64,000 nucleotides of DNA. Source: Escherichia phage vB_EcoM_01. The notes under the pieces were generated by a model that made no database searches, was not told where the DNA came from, and saw nothing but the letters and a program-made list of their open reading frames with translations. Where the stretch lies: sequence record PP129558; one strand, written 5' to 3'. Both the position numbers and the translations under genes were made by a program. Positions 57,032-64,000 of this stretch are shown here, one piece after another; the first letter of the stretch is position 1; every line of letters begins with the position of its first letter.

Positions 57032-57127
57032 ATGATTAATAAAGAAAATAGCTTGACGGTTGGAACGATTAACGCTATCATTTTCGCCGTTCCATTTTGG
57101 GTTGTAGTAGCGGCTATTATTTTCTAA
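57032..57127 (+). CDS. small hydrophobic peptide (31 aa)
   Basis: AAGAGG RBS 7 nt upstream; MINKENSLTVGTINAIIFAVPFWVVVAAIIF; not in track. Confidence 0.45.
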   Translation: MINKENSLTVGTINAIIFAVPFWVVVAAIIF

Positions 57128-57136
57128 AAAATATTC

Positions 57137-57196
57137 TTGACAACGTTTTTTAATCTGATAAGATGTATCACATAGGGCGGCGGAATACTTCCCCGC
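57137..57196 (+). promoter_or_regulatory. promoter plus 5' hairpin module
   Basis: TTGACA-16-TG-a-TAAGAT-gtatcacatag-GGCGGCGGAA tac TTCCCCGCC. Confidence 0.6.
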
Positions 57197-57218
57197 CAAA
57201 ACAAAAAAGGGTAACACA

Positions 57219-57581
57219 ATGAGCAAGCAAATCAATACTATCATGTTTAATCTGGTATCTTTCCGCGATGATATGAAAAATTTACCACGTGAAACGGTTG
57301 ATATTCATGTTTCAGCTTATCGCGCCCTTATTGATATGTTACCGCTAAAACGTGATCAACATGCCGCTAATATGATGCTTAATGCTATGCTTAAAAAGAT
57401 GATTCAAACGGATCTTACTCTGGCGTATGAGTATCAAGGGCGCTTATATGCGACTTACAACAAGGCGGTACCTGGTCTAGGAAGTACCGAAGAGTTGCAC
57501 GGCTTAAACCTGGATCAAAACACTTGGGATAGTATGCGCCGCGTTATGGTATGGGCCGAAAGCGGTAAAATTTACGAATAA
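57219..57581 (+). CDS. hypothetical protein (array gene)
   Basis: 120 aa; AAAAGGG RBS. Confidence 0.6.
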   Translation: MSKQINTIMFNLVSFRDDMKNLPRETVDIHVSAYRALIDMLPLKRDQHAANMMLNAMLKKMIQTDLTLAYEYQGRLYATYNKAVPGLGSTEELHGLNLDQNTWDSMRRVMVWAESGKIYE

Positions 57582-57587
57582 AAACGG

Positions 57588-57647
57588 TTGACACTGTTTA
57601 AAATTCTAGTATAGTTTACCACATAGGGCGGGAAGTGGTTTCCCGCC
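57588..57647 (+). promoter_or_regulatory. promoter plus 5' hairpin module
   Basis: TTGACA-16-TATAGT-ttaccacatag-GGCGGGAA gtggt TTCCCGCC. Confidence 0.6.
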
Positions 57648-57669
57648 AACAATGAAAAAGGTTAACATC

Positions 57670-58035
57670 ATGGCTANNANTNNNAANNNTNNTGNTTATG
57701 CTACCCTGGCTAACACTGCTAAAATTGAACTATCCAGCATTGAAGCGGTACATATTAGCGCCCGTCGCTGGTTTCAAAAGTCTTATGGTAATACTTATTT
57801 CTCTTTGATGGTTGACGTTGAGATCGGCGGTAAACTGATCGAAGTGGTTAACGTTCCGTTTCAATATGGCTATGGGGATCATTTTGATACCGTTGCCCTA
57901 GAAGAGTTTAGCAAGGTTATCAACCTGGAAGGTAAAGAATTTTCAAATTATGCCTACCTTTCCCGTTTTTGCCGTGATAATGGGATCGCTGTATACAGTC
58001 ATGCAAGCGATGTTAAACGTAAAAAAGATTTATAA
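57670..58035 (+). CDS. hypothetical protein (array gene); contains ambiguous bases
   Basis: Start placed at ATG 57670 with AAAAAGG RBS (track begins 57652 inside hairpin); n bases at 57677-57694. Confidence 0.5.
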   Translation: MAXXXXXXXYATLANTAKIELSSIEAVHISARRWFQKSYGNTYFSLMVDVEIGGKLIEVVNVPFQYGYGDHFDTVALEEFSKVINLEGKEFSNYAYLSRFCRDNGIAVYSHASDVKRKKDL

Positions 58036-58041
58036 AAAGCA

Positions 58042-58100
58042 TTGACAGCACGAATAAAAAGAGTAAACTGTATTACATAGAGAGCGGGAATAGTTCTCGC
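58042..58100 (+). promoter_or_regulatory. promoter plus 5' hairpin module
   Basis: TTGACA-16-TAAACT-gtattacatagag-GCGGGAA tag TTCTCGC (G-U wobble). Confidence 0.55.
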
Positions 58101-58124
58101 CTCACTGAAAAAGAGAGAAAAATC

Positions 58125-58364
58125 ATGGCTAAATCTAAAATGTACAACGGTCACAAAAACAAAACTCATTGGAATGTAAGCCTGTGGATTAATAACGATG
58201 AGGGATTGTATCGGTTTGCATTGGGATTGATCAATGAGTGCGGTAATAAAGATCAGGCGGCTGATTTAATGTGCTACCGTTTGAAACAGGATGGAATCAC
58301 TACAACGCCAGACGGCTTTAAGTATAGTAAAACTGCAATCCGCGCCGCTATGGTTGGAATGTAA
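58125..58364 (+). CDS. hypothetical small protein (array gene)
   Basis: 79 aa; AGAGAGAAAAATC RBS. Confidence 0.55.
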   Translation: MAKSKMYNGHKNKTHWNVSLWINNDEGLYRFALGLINECGNKDQAADLMCYRLKQDGITTTPDGFKYSKTAIRAAMVGM

Positions 58365-58373
58365 TAAAAACAG

Positions 58374-58432
58374 TTGACAACGTTTAAAATTAGTGTAAGA
58401 TGTATCACATAGGGCGGGAAGTGGTTTCCCGC
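58374..58432 (+). promoter_or_regulatory. promoter plus 5' hairpin module
   Basis: TTGACA-16-TAAGAT-gtatcacatag-GGCGGGAA gtggt TTCCCGCC. Confidence 0.6.
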
Positions 58433-58455
58433 CAACAACAGAGAGATTAAAGATT

Positions 58456-58683
58456 ATGGCTATCAATATTGTTCGTGTATCCGGCACCGTTGGCAGTTCC
58501 CAGGTTGTAGCAGTTGTAACAAACAAAAAGATTAATGATGTATGTGAGATCTTGAATAAGTGGGCTATTGCTAATTTTGGGGAATATGCAAGCGTTGAGT
58601 ACATCGAATCCTACCAGGTGCCGACCATCAGCCTAACCGATCTCAACGTTGATCGCCTGTTATGCCTGGATGAATTAATCTGA
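58456..58683 (+). CDS. hypothetical small protein (array gene)
   Basis: 75 aa; AGAGAGATTAAAG RBS. Confidence 0.55.
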   Translation: MAINIVRVSGTVGSSQVVAVVTNKKINDVCEILNKWAIANFGEYASVEYIESYQVPTISLTDLNVDRLLCLDELI

Positions 58684-58692
58684 AAAAGATTG

Positions 58693-58748
58693 TTGACACG
58701 GGAAAGAAAAAGAGTAAACTGTATTACGTAGGGCGGCAATAGTGCCGC
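58693..58748 (+). promoter_or_regulatory. promoter plus 5' hairpin module
   Basis: TTGACA-16-TAAACT-gtattacgtag-GGCGGCA atag TGCCGC. Confidence 0.55.
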
Positions 58749-58773
58749 TCACAACAGAAGAGAGATTATCACG

Positions 58774-58910
58774 ATGGCTAATATCCGTACACTGTTAAAA
58801 AATGCAAGTCAAGTTTTATTTTCAGATGACGAGTATTTCAACAAAGACATTACAGGCGTGAAAAATTTAAAANGNCNTNNANNANTNTAACGGCGACGAT
58901 GAAGAGTAAT
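58774..58910 (+). CDS. hypothetical small protein (array gene), ambiguous bases near 3' end
   Basis: AGAGAGATTATC RBS; ORF about 45 aa; n bases 58874-58890 make the end uncertain. Confidence 0.35.
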
Positions 58911-58975
58911 TAATAAGGCGGGGAATACTTCCCGCCACGCAGTGAATTTTCCGTTTGGGAAGTAAAAAATAAATC

Positions 58976-59037
58976 TTGACGATAATTTGTTATCTGATAG
59001 AATGTATTTCGTAGGGCGGGGCAATAAGGCAACGCCC
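58976..59037 (+). promoter_or_regulatory. promoter plus 5' hairpin module (variant)
   Basis: TTGACG-16-TG-a-TAGAAT-gtatttcgtag-GGCG...CGCCC. Confidence 0.5.
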
Positions 59038-59055
59038 ATTAATGAGGGTAGAATC

Positions 59056-59163
59056 ATGTTAGAGAAAATTTTCACGGTTGTAATAGTGGGCCTGGCGTTA
59101 TTGGTTGGAGTGGTTGCAACTATGGCTAACATGATCCTATCTTCCCACGGTATCGGCTAAAAG
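59056..59163 (+). CDS. small hydrophobic peptide (35 aa)
   Basis: GAGGGTAGAATC RBS; MLEKIFTVVIVGLALLVGVVATMANMILSSHGIG; not in track. Confidence 0.45.
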
Positions 59164-59248
59164 AGAGACACAACATGAAAACAGAAATCATTATTGAAAT
59201 CATCAACGGCTATAAAGAAGCCTTTATTTTTGCTGAATCACACATCTG

Positions 59249-59303
59249 NNNNNNNNNNNNNNNNNNNNNNNNNNNNNNNNNNNNNNNNNNNNNNNNNNNN
59301 NNN
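59249..59303. other. scaffold gap (N-run) with duplicated flanks
   Basis: 59094-59240 is repeated at 59304-59450. Confidence 0.9.
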
Positions 59304-59384
59304 GGCGTTATTGGTTGGAGTGGTTGCAACTATGGCTAACATGATCCTATCTTCCCACGGTATCGGCTAAAAGAGAGACACAAC

Positions 59385-59771
59385 ATGAAAACAGAAATCA
59401 TTATTGAAATCATCAACGGCTATAAAGAAGCCTTTATTTTTGCTGAATCAGCAAGGGATCATGAAGGTAATTTTATCGATAACTTAGACGATTATGATTT
59501 TTCTCCTAGCGCGGACGAACGGATCGCCCAGGATGTAACAGCCTTTATTAATGCTAATCTTGCCGCTATCTCTGAGGCAATGAGCGACGGCGCAACAGCC
59601 AACCAGATCGGGAATGATTTACATTTTACCCGTAACGGTCACGGCGTAGGATTTTGGGATCGCCCTGAAATATACACCACTAACACGGCGAACCGCCTAA
59701 CAAATGCAGCTAAGTTTATGCCGAACGTGTCGGCTTACATTGGTGAAGATAATTTGATTTATATTGAATAA
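59385..59771 (+). CDS. hypothetical protein (array gene)
   Basis: 128 aa; AAGAGAGACACAAC RBS; truncated duplicate of 5' end at 59175-59240. Confidence 0.55.
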   Translation: MKTEIIIEIINGYKEAFIFAESARDHEGNFIDNLDDYDFSPSADERIAQDVTAFINANLAAISEAMSDGATANQIGNDLHFTRNGHGVGFWDRPEIYTTNTANRLTNAAKFMPNVSAYIGEDNLIYIE

Positions 59772-59777
59772 AAAGTA

Positions 59778-59889
59778 TTGACACAGATCGCCAGTGTGCT
59801 AATATTTACCACGTAGGGCGGCAATGGNNNNNNNGANACNGATCGCCAGTGTGCTAATATTTACCACGTAGGGCGGCAATGGTGCCGCC
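59778..59889 (+). promoter_or_regulatory. promoter plus 5' hairpin module (duplicated by assembly artifact)
   Basis: TTGACA-16-TAATAT-ttaccacgtag-GGCGGCA atgg TGCCGCC; repeated after n block 59828-59840. Confidence 0.55.
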
Positions 59890-59907
59890 GATAATGAGGA
59901 AAGTAAA

Positions 59908-60207
59908 ATGGAAACTATCGCTATTGTTACCGTAGAAAAACTGGTTGTTGGTGATGTATTCGCGTTAATGGTGCCTAACAGCAGCAAGCTGGGCGCTTAT
60001 GAAGTAATGGATCATAAAAATGAATCATTTGGCGACGGTTGCACAATGGCGGTAAAATCTTTAAGGGATGGAATCATCCGCCAGGCTAACTGGCACAAAG
60101 GGAATCAAGTCGGTTTAATATCAGCTAATTTCTTGCCAGAAGAGCAAACATTAGATCAACTGTCAGGCGGTAAGACGTTAGCCGAACTACTGGAAACAGC
60201 GATCTAA
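59908..60207 (+). CDS. hypothetical protein (array gene)
   Basis: 99 aa; GAGGAAAG RBS. Confidence 0.55.
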   Translation: METIAIVTVEKLVVGDVFALMVPNSSKLGAYEVMDHKNESFGDGCTMAVKSLRDGIIRQANWHKGNQVGLISANFLPEEQTLDQLSGGKTLAELLETAI

Positions 60208-60212
60208 TCGAC

Positions 60213-60228
60213 AAGGGGCGGCAACGCC
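60213..60228 (+). other. intergenic RNA stem-loop with GNRA-type loop
   Basis: GGGGCG-GCAA-CGCCCC, no T tract; repeated at 60493-60508 by assembly duplication. Confidence 0.4.
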
Positions 60229-60298
60229 CCCATTAAACGCAATAGGAAGAGGATAGACACATGAAAAAGATGATCGCAGTAGTTGCCCTGGTTGTTGG

Positions 60299-60429
60299 NN
60301 NNNNNNNNNNNNNNNNNNNNNNNNNNNNNNNNNNNNNNNNNNNNNNNNNNNNNNNNNNNNNNNNNNNNNNNNNNNNNNNNNNNNNNNNNNNNNNNNNNNN
60401 NNNNNNNNNNNNNNNNNNNNNNNNNNNNN
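60299..60429. other. scaffold gap (N-run) with duplicated flanks
   Basis: about 150 bp before the gap is repeated after it (60430 onward). Confidence 0.9.
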
Positions 60430-60541
60430 CATTAGATCAACTGTCAGGCGGTAAGACGTTAGCCGAACTACTGGAAACAGCGATCTAATCGACAAGGGGC
60501 GGCAACGCCCCCATTAAACGCAATAGGAAGAGGATAGACAC

Positions 60542-60832
60542 ATGAAAAAGATGATCGCAGTAGTTGCCCTGGTTGTTGGTATTAACGCGCCTGTACTGGC
60601 TAATGAGTTGCCAGAATCCATCACGCTAACCGATATCAACGCAGTGAACCGGATCGGTGTTAATTATCGCCTATGCCTTGCCGCTAAAACTTTCCAGGAC
60701 GGCACGACAGAATACCACGGATTCGAGGGTATACGCTGCGGTGAGCTTGCACGCGACCTTAAGGAAGATCCAGACCTTGAGGCCATACCGATGACCGTAA
60801 ACGGTAAAGCTTACGTAAACCGCCAACAATGA
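60542..60832 (+). CDS. secreted small protein
   Basis: 96 aa; signal peptide MKKMIAVVALVVGINAPVLA; GGAAGAGGA RBS. Confidence 0.55.
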   Translation: MKKMIAVVALVVGINAPVLANELPESITLTDINAVNRIGVNYRLCLAAKTFQDGTTEYHGFEGIRCGELARDLKEDPDLEAIPMTVNGKAYVNRQQ

Positions 60833-60963
60833 GAAAGGTAATCATCACAATGGGGATCGTAGTAGCAACGCTGGCGCTTATTCCCTTCCTGGTTGAATAT
60901 GTGCTGATTAATGTTGTCCTGGTAGTCAGTGACATATTGGAAACGGTTGGCACCTGGTTTTAA
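60829..60963 (+). CDS. small membrane peptide (44 aa)
   Basis: ATGA stop/start overlap with upstream gene; MRKVIITMGIVVATLALIPFLVEYVLINVVLVVSDILETVGTWF; not in track. Confidence 0.45.
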   Translation: MRKVIITMGIVVATLALIPFLVEYVLINVVLVVSDILETVGTWF

Positions 60964-60972
60964 AAATAAATA

Positions 60973-61002
60973 AACAGGACTTGTTTTTGTCCTGTTTTTT
61001 GT
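60973..61002 (+). terminator. rho-independent terminator at end of array
   Basis: aacaggac-ttgttttt-gtcctgtt hairpin followed by TTTTTTGTT. Confidence 0.7.
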
Positions 61003-61139
61003 TATACTTATTGAACGGGCGGCACCTGGGAGCAGGCGAAGATAATCACCGGAAGATCCCGCTATATATCGATAGCTAATACCTATCAAACAACAAAACA
61101 TCAAAGAGATAAACTATCAAATCTTTACAATCCTACCTA

Positions 61140-61168
61140 TTGACCGATAAATCACAACAGTTTAATAT
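61140..61168 (+). promoter_or_regulatory. sigma70-like promoter (no hairpin)
   Basis: TTGACC-17-TAATAT upstream of 61217 start. Confidence 0.4.
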
Positions 61169-61216
61169 TGTTTTTAGAGGTTAGAATATTCCCCAAACGA
61201 AAACAGGAAAAAGAAA

Positions 61217-62456
61217 ATGAAAGAAGTTATGATCCTCAAAAAATCACCTATTTTACGTGGTGGCTTTATCGCTTACTCTGATGATCTGTTAATTGCAACA
61301 GTTGCAAAAATACTAAAATCAGAAGATGACAGTAAANNNNNNNNNNNNNNNNNNNNNNNNNNNNNNNNNNNNNNNNNNNNNNNNNNNNNNNNNNNNNNNN
61401 NNNNNNNNNNNNNNNNNNNNNNNNNNNNNNNNNNNNNNNNNNNNNNNNNNNNNNNNNNNNNNNNNNNNNNNNNNNNNNNNNNNNNNNNNNNNNNNNNNNN
61501 NNNNNNNNNNNNNNNNNNNNNNNNNNNNNNNNNNNNNNNNNNNNNNNNNNNNNNNNNNNNNNNNNNNNNNNNNNNNNNNNNNNNNNNNNNNNNNNNNNNN
61601 NNNNNNNNNNNNNNNNNNNNNNNNNNNNNNNNNNNNNNNNNNNNNNNNNNNNNNNNNNNNNNNNNNNNNNNNNNNNNNNNNNNNNNNNNNNNNNNNNNNN
61701 NNNNNNNNNNNNNNNNNNNNNNNNNNNNNNNNNNNNNNNNNNNNNNNNNNNNNNNNNNNNNNNNNNNNNNNNNNNNNNNNNNNNNNNNNNNNNNNNNNNN
61801 NNNNNNNNNNNNNNNNNNNNNNNNNNNNNNNNNNNNNNNNNNNNNNNNNNNNNNNNNNNNNNNNNNNNNNNNNNNNNNNNNNNNNNNNNNNNNNNNNNNN
61901 NNNNNNNNNNNNNNNNNNNNNNNNNNNNNNNNNNNNNNNNNNNNNNNNNNNNNNNNNNNNNNNNNNNNNNNNNNNNNNNNNNNNNNNNNNNNNNNNNNNN
62001 NNNNNNNNNNNNNNNNNNNNNNNNNNNNNNNNNNNNNNNNNNNNNNNNNNNNNNNNNNNNNNNNNNNNNNNNNNNNNNNNNNNNNNNNNNNNNNNNNNNN
62101 NNNNNNNNNNNNNNNNNNNNNNNNNNNNNNNNNNNNNNNNNNNNNNNNNNNNNNNNNNNNNNNNNNNNNNNNNNNNNNNNNNNNNNNNNNNNNNNNNNNN
62201 NNNNNNNNNNNNNNNNNNNNNNNNNNNNNNNNNNNNNNNNNNNNNNNNNNNNNNNNNNNNNNNNNNNNNNNNNNNNNNNNNNNGGAAAATTGAATATCGC
62301 GAGATGATCGACGATGAAACGGGGCAGGATTTTAGCGAGTACGTTTATATTCGTTCCGAGACATTAGCCGAACGTTTGATCGAGAAAATGAAAGCAAAAA
62401 ATAAAATTAATTTATCTCATTGGATTGATATAACAAACGATCCAGCTTATCAGTAA
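61217..62456 (+). CDS. coding region interrupted by large gap (one or more genes)
   Basis: N-terminal 40 aa with RBS before gap; C-terminal 57 aa after gap ending at 62456 followed by terminator; 61337-62283 is N. Confidence 0.35.
61337..62283. other. scaffold gap (N-run)
   Basis: 947 n. Confidence 0.95.
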
Positions 62457-62471
62457 ATAACATTTCATACC

Positions 62472-62499
62472 AGGGCGCACAAAGCGCCCTTTCTTTTTG
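62472..62499 (+). terminator. rho-independent terminator
   Basis: agggcgc-acaaa-gcgccct hairpin followed by TTCTTTTTG. Confidence 0.65.
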
Positions 62500-62559
62500 C
62501 CCGAACAATGTTGATAGCTTTCGCCTATGAAAAACCGACACAGAACAAAACTGAATAAA

Positions 62560-63000
62560 TCGCGGTATCGAGCTAATCAACCATTAAACGAATAACCATA
62601 CCTCCCAGGGCAACAGGCTGTTAGAGAGCCATTTATAGCGGTTAAAATCGATCAACAACCAACAACAAACCATCAAAAACACCCTTTTACCTCCTTTCTA
62701 GTGCAATGATAACCATTATCATCTACCCATGATTATCTATGCAATATAAGCGCATAACTATAATGTTGATAATAGTTCGCAACAACTAACTAACCAACAA
62801 CCTAAAACAACAAGCAAACTAATCATAATCAAAGGAATAATAGCAAGATGATTGATAACGACAAACAATAAAACCATGATGAATACTAAGCAAGATAACG
62901 ATAACACGACAAAACAACCAACTAACGAACAATAACAAACGAAACCATTAAAATAATAACTATTAGCAAAATAGTGCCTGAATGAAATCATTACAAAACG
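62560..63000. repeat. strand-asymmetric A+C-rich low-complexity non-coding tract
   Basis: Plus strand dominated by caacaa/aacaa/ataac units, depleted in G and T; no credible ORF. Confidence 0.6.
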
Positions 63001-63023
63001 AATCATTCACAGAGTCATCATTA

Positions 63024-63240
63024 GCACGCTATGCCGGACACATAGCGAGCTAATAATAAGCCAACTACACCCCAACAATCATAACCATCGGTGATGGTTA
63101 TTTCTTGTTACTGCGTAGCTTGCAATAATTGCAAGCGTAATGACGCTTACACTTATTGCGCTGGCTTATTATTAGCATTATATGTAATTACCAAGATCAT
63201 AACATTAGCGCAATAACAATAATCATTGTGGTAATTACAT
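63024..63240. repeat. dense cluster of palindromes and inverted repeats
   Basis: cgctatg/catagcg (63026-63047); 14 bp arms 63049-63062 and 63163-63176; ataaccatcGgtgatggttat (63081-63101); gcttgcaatAattgcaagc (63118-63136); aagcgtaatgacgctt (63133-63148); atgtaattacc/ggtaattacat (63182-63192, 63230-63240). Confidence 0.7.
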
Positions 63241-63448
63241 AAGGAAATAATTAGCAAGATGAATAATTGCACGTAGCAACATGAGCGAATAGCGACAGNN
63301 NNCATAGTGTNNAAACATACAGGAAAATAAAGGCTAATCTTTTGGGGCGAATACTATCGCGTAGCGATATGTTGAGCAAGTTCTCTTAAACGTAAATAAA
63401 ATCAGAAAATTCTTGATTTGTTTTGGTTTTTATGTTAATAAACGTTTA

Positions 63449-63647
63449 AATAATAATCATTCTCATATAAATAATAGTCGGCTTGTCATGAGCGGGATTA
63501 GTTGACAATGTTCCGTCATATGATGAAGTTGCCAAGCCATTGATAAATAAGTGTTTGTGTGATTTATAATCAGGTGGCCCACCTTGTCGCTATGTTGGCA
63601 TGAGCCTTGCATAAGTCATTGAATACGAATGATAATTATTCTCATTC
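63449..63647. promoter_or_regulatory. two further Fur-box-like motifs
   Basis: aATAATAATCATTCTCATa (63449-63469) and aATGATAATTATTCTCATT (63627-63647); same core as 54706-54784. Confidence 0.35.
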
Positions 63648-63714
63648 GCATGATATTTGGGAATTGTCGCTGCGTGGACCTGACGGCCCGAAAATTCGCG
63701 TTAAGCACTTCTTA

Positions 63715-64000
<286 letters not shown>

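Noticed and set aside
57014-57244. Minus-strand 76-aa ORF overlapping the 31-aa peptide gene and a promoter module
   Set aside because: Antisense to a well-supported promoter, RBS and ORF arrangement; similar antisense ORFs (55672-55941, 56584-56772, 58266-58604, 58809-59132, 60811-61104) rejected for the same reason.
55700-60000. Regularly recurring GC-rich hairpin motifs that could be mistaken for a CRISPR array
   Set aside because: The repeats are part of promoter-hairpin-RBS modules, the intervening sequences are protein-coding genes of 200-600 bp with good RBS, repeat sequences are not identical, and spacing is irregular.
62758-63006. Minus-strand 82-aa ORF with extremely hydrophobic translation
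   Set aside because: It is the reverse translation of the A+C-rich low-complexity tract (giving runs of V/L/F/C); no RBS or promoter; composition-driven artifact.

Overview
This window reads as part of a virulent tailed phage genome (Caudoviricetes), probably with an enterobacterial host, assembled as a scaffold with clear artifacts. Layout: (1) 37-12385, plus strand, tail/baseplate and fibre genes, including a beta-helix tailspike-like protein, a collagen-like fibre and an LRR-containing fibre. (2) 12442-48191, minus strand, replication and nucleotide-metabolism genes (SSB-like protein, family A DNA polymerase, N6-adenine methyltransferase, primase-helicase, SF1 helicase, anaerobic ribonucleotide reductase NrdD/NrdG), plus a block of four glycosyltransferase-like genes. 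(3) Within that block, 26201-36706, a set of Ter/Tel stress-response homologues (TerD, vWA protein, TelA, TerC) with a phosphoribosyltransferase, HAD hydrolase and macro-domain protein; this is the most notable finding. (4) 48306-54237, plus strand, small genes, an AAA+ ATPase and a NADAR-domain protein. (5) 54240-55480, a non-coding island with direct repeats, Fur-box-like motifs and a GC-rich segment. (6) 55496-60963, an array of small genes each preceded by a sigma70-like promoter and a conserved 5' hairpin; the same module precedes terC. (7) 62500-63700, a strand-biased non-coding tract with clustered palindromes. Artifacts: Nextera-type adapter at 15922-15999 and 63768-63848, a terminal poly-G run, several N gaps, and duplicated sequence flanking four gaps. 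No tRNA, rRNA or CRISPR array was recognised. All functional calls are from motif reading by eye; no database search was run.
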